Shown in pieces: positions 1 through 9,723 of a DNA stretch of 64,000 nucleotides. Below the pieces are notes generated by a model. The model was not told the origin of the DNA and did not search any database. It worked only from the letters and a program-made list of their open reading frames with translations. Each line of letters opens with the position of its first letter. The first letter of the stretch is position 1. Origin of the DNA: a virus (taxonomy: Duplodnaviria > Heunggongvirae > Uroviricota > Caudoviricetes); IMG/VR virus record IMGVR_UViG_2706794671_000006. The stretch is one strand, 5' to 3'. The position numbers and the translations under genes are program-made.

Positions 1-56
1 AGGGACAGCTGATAGAAACAGAAGCCACTGGAGCACCTCAAAAACACCATCATACA

Positions 57-518
57 CTAAATCAGTAAGTTGGCAGCATCACCGCCACTTTCCAGTTCTT
101 CCACCCAGGCCTGCGGGACACTGAAATCGAGACGAAAAACCCCGATATCCCAGGTATAGCTCCCACCCTGAACAAGTTGCTCAAATGTTAAACATTGCTT
201 ACCGCTGGCGAAGTTATCGCTATTAATGCCTAACCGCTTGATAACTTCTCTTGATAAACATGTTTCTTGCGGGTTGTCTTTAACAATAATCTCATATTTC
301 CCGCGCCATTGCTTATTGACATAAATATCGATGTCATACTGCCCCGGTAAGGGTTGATTATCATCAAGACGAATATTTGCAACCTGCTGGTCTTTCATTC
401 CACCTATCATAAAATGGGTATCAAAGGTTTCTTCAGCTGCATAAGCTTCAATGCCGAGCAATAACGCTACGATTGCTGATGCAAGTGGGGTCATTCTCAA
501 CATAGGCAGCTCCTGCAA
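57..518 (-). CDS. yehB: fimbrial outer-membrane usher, N-terminal 153 aa only (premature TAG; probable pseudogene or frameshift)
   Basis: Starts immediately after the chaperone gene in a subunit-chaperone-usher operon next to yehE-mrp-metG; ushers are ~800 aa but this frame stops at 57-59. Symbol assigned by gene order only. Confidence 0.5.
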   Translation of the reverse strand: MQELPMLRMTPLASAIVALLLGIEAYAAEETFDTHFMIGGMKDQQVANIRLDDNQPLPGQYDIDIYVNKQWRGKYEIIVKDNPQETCLSREVIKRLGINSDNFASGKQCLTFEQLVQGGSYTWDIGVFRLDFSVPQAWVEELESGGDAANLLI

Positions 519-1193
519 TTAAATTTTGTCACTAATATAGTTGCCATGGTCATCGATAATGGTCAGATGCCAGTTATTTGCATTATTACTTTTGACATTA
601 ACACTCTGACTTTCTAAGGGGGCAATCATAATAGTTTCATAATTGACTTTGACATTATTAGCTTTGACATCCGAAATCGTCACCCAATTAGCTGAGTCAT
701 TTTTTATCACCAAACCATTGCCACTGCGATTTACCAGCAATTTTTTAAATGTCGCTTTATTTACCGGAGCAATACCCGCTGGTCGGTAAAACAACTTAAT
801 TCTGTTTTGCATCGCAAACTTCAGTGCATTCTTACCTTCTTGCTCTGGACTATTTGGTGGAATATCCAGAACATTCAGATAAAAAATGCTTTCTTTATTA
901 GTGGGCAGTTTATTCGGCATAATTTTGATTTTTACTTGCTGCCCGGAATTTGCCCCTATTTTTGCCACTGGTGGCGTTAACATGAAAGGAACCTGAATTT
1001 TTTCTGGTGGTAATGACGTATCGCCATCATCAATCCACGCCTGCAGCAGCGAAGAACGGTTTCCCTGGTTCATCAACTGCACCATCACTTCTTTATTTTC
1101 TGCCGGGTAAATAATGCGCGTCCCGTAGATAACAATTCCGGCATGTGCAGGAAGGACCATAGAAAAAATGAGTAAAGATAATAATCCTTTCAT
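519..1193 (-). CDS. yehC: fimbrial periplasmic chaperone (PapD-like)
   Basis: Signal peptide MKGLLSLLIFSMVLPAHA, chaperone-like sequence; start moved to internal ATG (1193) preceded by AAGAGG RBS. Confidence 0.8.
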   Translation of the reverse strand: MKGLLSLLIFSMVLPAHAGIVIYGTRIIYPAENKEVMVQLMNQGNRSSLLQAWIDDGDTSLPPEKIQVPFMLTPPVAKIGANSGQQVKIKIMPNKLPTNKESIFYLNVLDIPPNSPEQEGKNALKFAMQNRIKLFYRPAGIAPVNKATFKKLLVNRSGNGLVIKNDSANWVTISDVKANNVKVNYETIMIAPLESQSVNVKSNNANNWHLTIIDDHGNYISDKI

Positions 1194-1215
1194 TTTAATG
1201 CCTCTTAAATTAAAA

Positions 1216-1237
1216 GGCCGCCATGGGATAGCGGCCA
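1216..1237 (-). terminator. GC hairpin (GGCCGC...GCGGCC) between fimbrial subunit and chaperone genes, attenuator-like
   Basis: Inverted repeat followed by T-run on the minus strand, directly 3' of the major subunit gene. Confidence 0.35.
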
Positions 1238-1272
1238 TGTTTATTACCTGGAGAAACTTACAATTTTATTTA

Positions 1273-1815
1273 TTAATCCTGCGCCACACGCATAACCAGA
1301 GAAGATAACACATCACCTGATTGCACTGAGTTATCTGTCAGTTTCAGGTATTTTGCTTTAAACGGAATAGCATATTGACCTTCCGCTGTTTTATAACTCT
1401 CAATGTTAAAAGGTGCAGAAACATCCAGGACATCGCTGTTATCACCTAAATAGAGATAGTAACCCACGGTATCGTTGCTACTGGCTATCGCCTTATCGTT
1501 ACCGGTTATTTTATCGTTGGTAATCAACGAGAGTTTTACACCAGCAACTTCTTTCGGGCAGCTAATTTTTAACATGCTGCTGGTTACACCGACTGCATCA
1601 TCATAGGTAGAATATTTAGCTTTACCTTCAAAGACAGTGGTTGGTACAGTCGGCATATTAATACTTACTGAATCACCACCCGCTTCGAATTTACACGGAG
1701 ATTCTGCAATATTCCCCTTAATAGTTAATGTTCCGGTATCAACGTCTGCAGCAAATACTCCAGCGCTCATAAAAAAAGAAGAAAAGACAGCGGCAGCAAT
1801 AATTGAACGTTTCAT
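1273..1815 (-). CDS. yehD: fimbrial major subunit
   Basis: 180 aa, signal peptide, fimbrial subunit-like sequence, first gene of the operon. Confidence 0.8.
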   Translation of the reverse strand: MKRSIIAAAVFSSFFMSAGVFAADVDTGTLTIKGNIAESPCKFEAGGDSVSINMPTVPTTVFEGKAKYSTYDDAVGVTSSMLKISCPKEVAGVKLSLITNDKITGNDKAIASSNDTVGYYLYLGDNSDVLDVSAPFNIESYKTAEGQYAIPFKAKYLKLTDNSVQSGDVLSSLVMRVAQD

Positions 1816-2057
1816 AATATGTTCCTTAATAAAATTTTTTTTTGGTTGTTAAGAGTCTGTATCTCTTGGAAACAAATTTCTCACATCAAAAAAGTTACCG
1901 CAATGTAAACACATTGTTTTATTTATTTGAAACAAATTAACCATTGCAATATAAATACAACAAATATTTAAGAGTATTAACTATTTATCGCATCTATCAA
2001 TTAATGTAGATTTATGTAAATGGTATTGTTGATATCAATAAAAATCAGGTTGCCAAA

Positions 2058-2339
2058 TTAATCGTAGCGATTTAACACGATTCGACGTTTGCTATCGCTA
2101 CCTGCAACAACCACTTCTGTCGTTACACCTTTGACGGGCGAAGAAAACAGATGACGGGTGTCAACATTATACGTTAACTGACCACAATGCGGTTGAGGTT
2201 GACCATTAACCATAGCCATACTGCATGTTGGGGGACTGATCCTGCCATTAATCGCTAATGTGGCAGTCTCTGAAGAGAATGCGGGAGAAGCCAATCCATA
2301 GGCAAGAAAAATAATTCCTGACAGCCAATACTTATTCAT
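2058..2339 (-). CDS. yehE: small secreted protein, YehE-like
   Basis: 93 aa with signal peptide, located between fimbrial operon and mrp as in the yeh locus. Confidence 0.5.
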   Translation of the reverse strand: MNKYWLSGIIFLAYGLASPAFSSETATLAINGRISPPTCSMAMVNGQPQPHCGQLTYNVDTRHLFSSPVKGVTTEVVVAGSDSKRRIVLNRYD

Positions 2340-2583
2340 TGAAGGTTATGCCTGGATAGAATGAGTGCATAACAAACTATAGCTGTACATCCACTACACA
2401 GCCACGAAGGATGATAATGAAGCATTGCCTGTATGATCAATCGACTTTGTAGAGTTTCGGACGAAGGTCCGCAGAATATTCGCAGTATTAAATAAGTGTT
2501 CATTAATGCGGCAAAAACTAATACACCGCATCAATGTAACATCTCTGCGGTGTATGAAGAATAACCAGAATGGTTAATAGGCG

Positions 2584-3693
2584 TTAGACCGCGCGGAAGG
2601 AAATCTCGCCTGGAATGACTTCACCCTGCCAGTAGAGCTGAGCTGCAACGCGGTCAGCCAGCTGGCGGTAGATAGCGGTAAATTCGCTCTCCGGACGGCT
2701 GATAACCGTTGGCGTGCCTTTATCGAGATCCTCACGTAAGGAGATGTGTAACGGCATCTGCCCCAGCAGCTGTGTGTGGTATTTTTCAGCCAGTTTCTCT
2801 GCACCACCGGTACCGAAAATCGGTTCATGGTGACCACAGTTACTGCAAATATGCACACTCATGTTCTCGACAATACCAAGCACCGGAACCTCGACTTTCT
2901 CGAACATCACAATGCCTTTTTTCGCATCGATCAAAGCGATGTCCTGCGGGGTGGTGACCACGACTGCACCAGTTACTGGAATGTTTTGCGCCAGCGTCAA
3001 TTGAATGTCACCGGTGCCTGGCGGCATATCAAGCACCAGATAGTCGAGATCCGGCCACAAGGTTTCCTGCAACATCTGCATTAACGCCTTGCTCGCCATC
3101 GGTCCACGCCACACCATCGCATTGTCGTCAGTGACCAGATAACCAATTGAATTGGTTGCCAGGCCATGAGACATAATCGGTGCCATATGGGTACCGTCCG
3201 GCGAAGTTGGACGCTGATTTTCTGCGCCCAGCATGGTGGGAATTGATGGGCCGTAGATATCGGCGTCCAGAATGCCGACTTTCGCCCCTTCCGCCGCCAG
3301 TGCCAGCGCCAGGTTTACCGCCGTGGAGGATTTACCCACGCCGCCTTTACCGGAACTGACCGCAATGATGTTCTTCACACCATTAATACCCGGCTGATTC
3401 TTCACGCGTTTTAAGGTGGCGATATTGTGCGACAGTTTCCAGTCGATAGCTTTCGCCCCGGTGATACGCAGCAGTTCGGCGCTACATTGCTCTTTTAACT
3501 CTTCAAACGCGCTATGCCAGACGAATGGCATAACCAGTTCCACATGCAACGTGTCGTCCATCCAGGCGACATGGTGCAACGCGTTCAGCGTGGTGAGGTT
3601 ATGCTTCAGGGTTGGGTGCTGAAAATTGGCCAGTGTCCCGGCGACCATTGCGCGCAAGGCTTCTGGTGATTTGGCCTGGGATTGTTCGTTCAT
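2584..3693 (-). CDS. apbC: Fe-S cluster carrier ATPase Mrp/ApbC
   Basis: Walker A SSGKGGVGKSS, CxxC motif (CSNCGHH); start set at MNEQ with AAGGAG RBS. Confidence 0.9.
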   Translation of the reverse strand: MNEQSQAKSPEALRAMVAGTLANFQHPTLKHNLTTLNALHHVAWMDDTLHVELVMPFVWHSAFEELKEQCSAELLRITGAKAIDWKLSHNIATLKRVKNQPGINGVKNIIAVSSGKGGVGKSSTAVNLALALAAEGAKVGILDADIYGPSIPTMLGAENQRPTSPDGTHMAPIMSHGLATNSIGYLVTDDNAMVWRGPMASKALMQMLQETLWPDLDYLVLDMPPGTGDIQLTLAQNIPVTGAVVVTTPQDIALIDAKKGIVMFEKVEVPVLGIVENMSVHICSNCGHHEPIFGTGGAEKLAEKYHTQLLGQMPLHISLREDLDKGTPTVISRPESEFTAIYRQLADRVAAQLYWQGEVIPGEISFRAV

Positions 3694-3824
3694 CCCGACT
3701 CCTTTTTTGTATAGATAAACCATCAGCTGATAGTTTACCTGAAGAATATAGAGAAGTACTTACTTAACATTTTCCCATTTGGTACTATCTAACCCCTTTT
3801 CACTATTAAGAAGTAATGCCTACT

Positions 3825-6220
3825 ATGACTCAAGTCGCGAAGAAAATTCTGGTGACGTGCGCACTGCCGTACGCTAACGGCTCAATCCACCTCGGCCATA
3901 TGCTGGAGCACATCCAGGCTGATGTCTGGGTTCGTTACCAGCGAATGCGCGGCCACGAGGTTAATTTCATCTGTGCCGACGATGCCCACGGTACGCCAAT
4001 CATGCTGAAAGCACAGCAGCTTGGTATCACACCGGAACAGATGATTGGCGAAATGAGTCAGGAACATCAGACTGATTTCGCAGGCTTTAACATCAGCTAT
4101 GACAACTATCACTCGACGCACAGCGAAGAGAACCGTCAGTTGTCCGAGCTTATCTACTCTCGCCTGAAAGAAAACGGTTTTATTAAAAACCGCACCATCT
4201 CACAGCTGTACGATCCGGAAAAATGCATGTTCCTGCCGGACCGTTTTGTAAAAGGCACCTGCCCGAAATGTAAATCCCCGGATCAATACGGCGATAACTG
4301 CGAAGTCTGCGGCGCGACCTACAGCCCGACTGAACTGATCGAGCCGAAATCGGTGGTTTCTGGCGCTACGCCGGTAATGCGTGATTCTGAACNNNNNNNN
4401 NNNNNNNNNNNNNAATGAGTCAGGAGCATCAGACTGATTTCGCAGGCTTTAACATCAGCTATGACAACTATCACTCGACGCACAGCGAAGAGAACCGCCA
4501 GTTGTCAGAACTTATCTACTCTCGCCTGAAAGAGAACGGTTTTATTAAAAACCGCACCATCTCTCAGCTGTACGATCCGGAAAAAGGCATGTTCCTGCCG
4601 GACCGTTTTGTGAAAGGCACCTGCCCGAAATGTAAATCCCCGGATCAATACGGCGATAACTGCGAAGTCTGCGGCGCGACCTACAGCCCGACTGAATTGA
4701 TCGAGCCGAAATCGGTGGTTTCTGGCGCTACGCCGGTAATGCGTGATTCTGAACACTTCTTCTTTGATCTGCCCTCTTTCAGCGAAATGTTGCAGGCATG
4801 GACCCGCAGCGGTGCGTTGCAGGAGCAGGTGGCAAATAAAATGCAGGAGTGGTTTGAATCTGGCCTGCAACAGTGGGATATCTCCCGCGACGCCCCTTAC
4901 TTCGGTTTTGAAATTCCGAACGCGCCGGGCAAATATTTCTACGTCTGGCTGGACGCGCCGATTGGCTACATGGGTTCTTTCAAGAATCTGTGCGACAAGC
5001 GCGGCGACAGCGTAAGCTTCGACGAATACTGGAAGAAAGACTCCACCGCCGAGCTGTACCACTTCATCGGCAAAGATATCGTTTACTTCCACAGTCTGTT
5101 CTGGCCTGCCATGCTGGAAGGCAGCAACTTCCGCAAGCCGACCAACCTGTTTGTTCACGGCTATGTGACGGTGAACGGCGCGAAGATGTCCAAGTCTCGC
5201 GGCACCTTTATTAAAGCCAGCACCTGGCTGAATCATTTTGACGCTGACAGCCTGCGTTACTACTACACTGCGAAACTCTCTTCGCGCATTGATGATATCG
5301 ATCTCAACCTGGAAGATTTCGTTCAGCGCGTGAATGCCGATATCGTGAACAAAGTGGTTAACCTGGCCTCCCGTAATGCAGGCTTTATCAACAAGCGTTT
5401 TGACGGCGTGCTGACAAGCGAACTGGCTGACCCGCAACTGTACAAAACCTTTACTGATGCCGCTGAAGTGATTGGCGAAGCATGGGAAAGCCGCGAATTT
5501 GGTAAAGCTATCCGTGAAATCATGGCATTGGCTGACCTGGCTAATCGCTATGTCGATGAACAGGCTCCGTGGGTGGTGGCGAAGCAGGAAGGTCGCGATG
5601 CAGATCTGCAGGCGATTTGCTCTATGGGCATTAACCTGTTCCGCGTGCTGATGACGTACCTGAAACCGGTACTGCCGAAACTGACTGAACGTGCAGAAGC
5701 ATTCCTGAATACAGAACTGACCTGGGATGGTATCCAGCAACCGCTTCTGGGCCATAAAGTGAATCCGTTCAAGGCACTGTATAACCGTATCGATATGAAA
5801 CTGGTGGAAGCACTGGTGGAAGCATCCAAAGAAGAAGTGAAAGCCACAGCTGCACCGGTAACTGGCCCACTGGCTGACGAACCGATTCAGGAAACCATCA
5901 CCTTTGACGACTTCGCCAAAGTTGACCTGCGTGTGGCGCTGATTGAAAACGCGGAGTTTGTCGAAGGTTCTGACAAACTGCTTCGCCTGACGCTGGATCT
6001 CGGTGGTGAAAAGCGTAATGTCTTCTCAGGCATCCGTTCCGCTTATCCAGATCCACAGGCACTGATTGGTCGTCACACCATTATGGTGGCTAACCTGGCA
6101 CCACGTAAAATGCGCTTCGGTATCTCTGAAGGCATGGTGATGGCTGCCGGTCCTGGCGGGAAAGATATCTTCCTGTTAAGCCCGGATGCTGGTGCTAAAC
6201 CTGGCCACCAGGTTAAGTAA
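3825..6220 (+). CDS. metG: methionyl-tRNA synthetase, frame interrupted by scaffold gap and duplicated flank
   Basis: HLGH motif (SIHLGHM), KMSKS motif, zinc knuckle CPKC...CEVC, C-terminal tRNA-binding domain; ORF track splits it at the N run. Confidence 0.9.
4052..4754. repeat. ~340 bp of metG present on both sides of the gap (approx 4052-4392 and 4414-4754), ~97% identical
   Basis: Both flanks encode [18 protein letters not shown]...PVMRDSE; 9 nucleotide differences, 8 synonymous, 1 Cys/Gly (EKC vs EKG). Confidence 0.85.
4393..4413. other. run of 21 N (assembly/scaffold gap) inside metG
   Basis: Literal n characters in the sequence. Confidence 0.99.
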
Positions 6221-6240
6221 TTAAACAACCTCTCTTCGCA

Positions 6241-6267
6241 ATGCCCGGCAACACGCCGGGCATTTTC
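6241..6267 (+). terminator. rho-independent terminator of metG
   Basis: ATGCCCGGC-AACAC-GCCGGGCAT hairpin followed by TTTTC, 20 nt after the metG stop. Confidence 0.7.
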
Positions 6268-6353
6268 ATATAGACACAATCCCTCCTGATTTACACAATC
6301 CCTAAAACAATTTGTTTTCTACCTTTTGTTGATTGAGATAATAAGCCACATAA

Positions 6354-6369
6354 GAAAACAACTTGTTTT
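6354..6369 (+). promoter_or_regulatory. motif A palindrome GAAAACAAcTTGTTTT upstream of first element gene (second copy at ~6304-6319)
   Basis: Near-perfect inverted repeat AAACAA-N-TTGTTT, 13 nt before the ATG at 6382. Confidence 0.45.
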
Positions 6370-6381
6370 GGAGTAGTTGAA

Positions 6382-6681
6382 ATGTTGAACATTACCCAAG
6401 CCTACCAGGTGGCATTGATCAGTTCATCTCATACATCAGAGGAAGATGCTCGCCGATTCATGATCGCAAGCAATGAGCTGGATTGGGTTTCACAAATTGA
6501 GTACGGTTGCATTGTCCACGCCGGGTTACAGGACGATGACTGGAAAGATGAGTTGCGTCGATATGGTATATCCGAGGGTGCGATTGCGAACATTCAGAAA
6601 GTACTTGATGTAGGCTTTAACTCTGTACATTTTGATTGTGGCGCACCGGTCGTTGAAGGGCTTGAGTGCTGGCAATGGTAA
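6382..6681 (+). CDS. hypothetical protein (first gene of mobile element)
   Basis: 99 aa ORF with GGAG RBS; no recognisable domain. Confidence 0.55.
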   Translation: MLNITQAYQVALISSSHTSEEDARRFMIASNELDWVSQIEYGCIVHAGLQDDDWKDELRRYGISEGAIANIQKVLDVGFNSVHFDCGAPVVEGLECWQW

Positions 6682-6717
6682 TCCGGCAATCGCTTCATAC
6701 TAGATAACGGAGAATTT

Positions 6718-6903
6718 ATGCTTAAAGAAGACTCATATCTACTAAAGGCGCTTGAAATGAGTGGCGTTGAACCTACAGTGAAAAACGCTCACGATATCTA
6801 CCTTCAGTTTTCGACAGAGCTGAAACAGCTCATAAATAAATATGGAGTGAACGACTCCAGCGTCAAAGCCATGATAGATGATGAATTAGACCATCTCATC
6901 TAA
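6718..6903 (+). CDS. hypothetical small protein
   Basis: 61 aa ORF with ACGGAG RBS. Confidence 0.5.
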   Translation: MLKEDSYLLKALEMSGVEPTVKNAHDIYLQFSTELKQLINKYGVNDSSVKAMIDDELDHLI

Positions 6904-6959
6904 TCAAACCGTTGATAATGGCGGTCACAATTTGATTCTTTTCTATAAGAACCCGTTGA

Positions 6960-7800
6960 TCGCCACTACTACCCTCCCATACCAGCAATCACATCATTAA
7001 ATATCAATAGGTTATGGTTGTTTATACCAATAAGAAAACAACTAAATAACAGATCAACGAAACATCAACGCTTTCTCCCGATTTGGTCTAAAAAATTGAC
7101 GTTATCACACATCACTTCTTATACCCGTAATTCTACGCAGCAGATAGCGCCACAGCGTCCAAATTTCACCACAGACGACTCAACACACTACCAACAAAAA
7201 CACACGCTCAAAATCGCTCCCGTTGCGTTACACAACCATATAAACAACTTATTTTCAGGCATAACAAAACAACCAAATAACACATATGCCATTACCCAAA
7301 ACAACCAACCTCTTTATGGCAGGCTACCGAAAAGACCCACCTCTTCTCCCCAGGCTACCGGACAACCAACCTAACTTTCACAGGCAATCCGAAAACATTC
7401 ATACGCGCGATACCCACGACACGCCATTACCCAAACAGCGAAGAAACACCTGAACCGCTGAAACCCTAACGAAGCCTGTAACCGCAAGGTTTCTCTCAAT
7501 CCCAAAAGACACGAAACATAACAATCACGGGAAACGCCATTACCCAATACACGAATAACTACAAAAGCCTTCACACACTCCAGACAAACAACTCAAACAC
7601 AATAACGAAAGCAATCGCCCACCTGCCATTACTCCATACACGGAGAAGAACAATCACCAAAACGACGAGAACACCCCCATAGAAGAACCACCGCAAAACT
7701 AACGAAACCACATACACCGACAGAGAAAACAACACACCCAATTCACCAACAGAAATAGTCGCCGTATAGAACATTCTGGAAGGAGTGAGCATTAACGCCT
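6960..7800. other. AC-rich (G/T-poor on plus strand) non-coding tract with iterated CGCCATTACCCAA and CAGGCTACCG motifs
   Basis: Extreme strand composition skew read directly; ORFs called here have no RBS and low-complexity translations. Confidence 0.6.
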
Positions 7801-7871
7801 ATAGAGAGGTTGAGACAGATAAAACACAACATGTATAGCGAAGAAGCCAGGTATGTATAAGTGGAGAGGGA

Positions 7872-7896
7872 AGGAGGTGTGTCGCCTCCTTTTTCG
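7872..7896 (+). terminator. terminator-like hairpin after AC-rich tract
   Basis: AGGAGG-TGTGTCG-CCTCCT followed by TTTTCG. Confidence 0.45.
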
Positions 7897-8444
7897 TATT
7901 TATTCAACATCTTACCATCACCCCCCGTAACACCCCTACGGTCAGCCTTCGGTCCATACAGAGAAAAGGTTGCATACGCTACAGAAACGGCTGGGGATTT
8001 TCAGGGAAACGGTCGAGTTGCCTGTGTGGATTTCGGGAAAAGGCTCGATGCCGGTTCTGGAACGGCGGCGTACCGGTATAGCGAGAGAGTTGCAGCTACC
8101 CACCTGTAATGTGCGGGAAGAAGAGAGGCGCTCACGTGCAGGCTGACTTGCTTACCGCTGGATTCCCTCTGAATGCCAGATACAGCGTAATTGTGCCAGA
8201 CAGCCAGCGGGTCACAATCGATTTCAGTAGGTTTTCGGGGAGAGGATTATTCTACCCACCAGCCCCGCGGCGCGCGTAGAGCAGAATATCGTAAATACTG
8301 GCTCTCGTGTCGTTCCCGGATATTCACTGCCCAGCCTGGCTTTCCCGACATAAAATCCTTTTTCGCCTTTATCTTATTGCGATAATAACACCAACAAGTA
8401 AACAGCATATTTAGACGTTATAGAAACGAAGTGAGGATGAAGAG

Positions 8445-8663
8445 ATGATTAAGATGCCTGTGACGGTTGAGGTGTGGGGCGTGGATTCCCTGGCTGAGTG
8501 TCTGGATGCAGTGGGGCCGGAGTTGTACCGCAAGTTGTGGTCGTTCGTCCCGGCAGAAGGGGAATCGCCCAAAGGGAAGGATATCTGGCACCTGCTGAGT
8601 GAAGATGAAAAGCGGGAGCTGGTGGGCGCGGTACACAGCGAGTTCCCGGACGACCAAGATTAA
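8445..8663 (+). CDS. hypothetical acidic small protein
   Basis: 72 aa, GAGGA RBS 8 nt upstream, terminator follows. Confidence 0.6.
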   Translation: MIKMPVTVEVWGVDSLAECLDAVGPELYRKLWSFVPAEGESPKGKDIWHLLSEDEKRELVGAVHSEFPDDQD

Positions 8664-8669
8664 GAGTGA

Positions 8670-8693
8670 GGCCACCAGCACGGTGGCTTTTGT
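8670..8693 (+). terminator. rho-independent terminator
   Basis: GCCACC-AGCAC-GGTGGC + TTTTGT. Confidence 0.6.
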
Positions 8694-8726
8694 CGCTATT
8701 AACCTCGGGGCAGCGCAGCACCGTAA

Positions 8727-8790
8727 CGATATACTTTGTGGCCGTTTTCTTACTGGTATTGTTTACGTAATTCAGAAAACAACATGTTTA
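8727..8790 (+). promoter_or_regulatory. ~60 bp promoter-like segment, copy 1 (TTGTGGCCG...TATTGTTTACG + degenerate motif A)
   Basis: Near-identical to 9228-9285; contains -35/-10-like hexamers. Confidence 0.4.
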
Positions 8791-8801
8791 AGGATTGCTT
8801 T

Positions 8802-9131
8802 ATGTTTGCAAATATCGACATCAACCAAATTAAGAAATTGACTCAAAAAGAGTTTGACCAGTTTTATGAGCTGGAAGGTTGGTCTTCCACTCTGATTAAT
8901 TCAAGATGGGTGCTGGAGCTGATGACTCGTGATGACGCACCTGCTTTGATGATTTGCGACATGGGTGAAGATGCTGACTTTATGGATATGAGCGAATTTT
9001 GTGTGGACACATACAACCGCAGCCAGAAGTACTACTTCACATGCGATAGCGAAAATGACGTGATTTCTAAGGTCTATCTTCACCTCGTCCAGCATTGGGA
9101 CGTTCAGGACTTCCTTGCGATATTCGCGTAA
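8802..9131 (+). CDS. hypothetical protein
   Basis: Start moved to MFANIDIN with AAGGA RBS; 109 aa. Confidence 0.55.
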   Translation: MFANIDINQIKKLTQKEFDQFYELEGWSSTLINSRWVLELMTRDDAPALMICDMGEDADFMDMSEFCVDTYNRSQKYYFTCDSENDVISKVYLHLVQHWDVQDFLAIFA

Positions 9132-9227
9132 GCCCAACCAAAGCCAGCATTGCTGGCTTAACTTCATCTGTAGCCGCAGGGAAGAACCTGCATATCGCTC
9201 ATGCGCCTGATCAATATGCTTTGTAGC

Positions 9228-9285
9228 CGTTTTCTTACTGGTATTATTTACGCCATTGAGAAAACAAGTTGTTTACGGAGTTGTG
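9228..9285 (+). promoter_or_regulatory. ~60 bp promoter-like segment, copy 2, ending in motif A GAAAACAAGTTGTTTAC
   Basis: Direct repeat of 8727-8790; motif A abuts the ACGGAG RBS of the next gene. Confidence 0.4.
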
Positions 9286-9597
9286 ATGAAAAAATCATTG
9301 GTTCTTGGTCTGGACAAAGACCAGAAGAGAAAAGAGAAGCCTGCACTGGTTGCTCAATTAACTTTGCTGGACATCGTTGCCAATGGAACCTCTATTCGTC
9401 TGTTCCGTGAAACAGCGGTGTCTTTCGATAAAAACACCTTTACTCGTTATGTAATGAATGTTCGTCGCCAGCGTGGAAAAGGCTGGATGGCATTTCAAAG
9501 AATGTGGCCGGAACATCAGCTCGAACTGGCTTTGATGGAAGTTAACCGCGTGGCCCAGCAAGAGATTCAGAGAGCATCAGTGATGGCAATAGCCTGA
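9286..9597 (+). CDS. hypothetical basic protein
   Basis: Start at MKKSLVLG with ACGGAG RBS; terminator follows. Confidence 0.6.
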   Translation: MKKSLVLGLDKDQKRKEKPALVAQLTLLDIVANGTSIRLFRETAVSFDKNTFTRYVMNVRRQRGKGWMAFQRMWPEHQLELALMEVNRVAQQEIQRASVMAIA

Positions 9598-9633
9598 TAA
9601 TGTGCAAGTGGTAATTAGTCGACAGTACGACAG

Positions 9634-9659
9634 CCCCGCCATCCTTACGGGGTTTTTTT
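9634..9659 (+). terminator. rho-independent terminator
   Basis: CCCCG-CCATCCTTA-CGGGG followed by TTTTTTT. Confidence 0.7.
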
Positions 9660-9723
9660 GTATTGTAAGTACATACCTATGTCTATAAAATAGAAAAATA
9701 ACCAAGACACTATGGAGAGTGAT

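Noticed and set aside
4505-5755. 416-aa minus-strand ORF, plus several shorter ORFs, inside metG
   Set aside because: Antisense to a well-supported aminoacyl-tRNA synthetase gene, no RBS, translation is low-complexity Arg/Ala/His-rich; typical GC-rich antisense artefact. The same applies to the many short ORFs antisense to the tape measure, J-like, tail fibre, helicase and ligase genes.
7018-7792. ORFs 7018-7374 (+), 7371-7574 (-) and 7571-7792 (-) in the AC-rich tract
   Set aside because: Translations are compositional artefacts (Pro/Thr/Gln-rich on one strand, Val/Leu/Phe-rich on the other), with no RBS and no sensible start context.
7861-8385. ORFs 7861-8109 and 8191-8385
   Set aside because: No RBS; the first begins inside the terminator-like hairpin; the region is better explained as intergenic leader sequence upstream of the 8445 gene.
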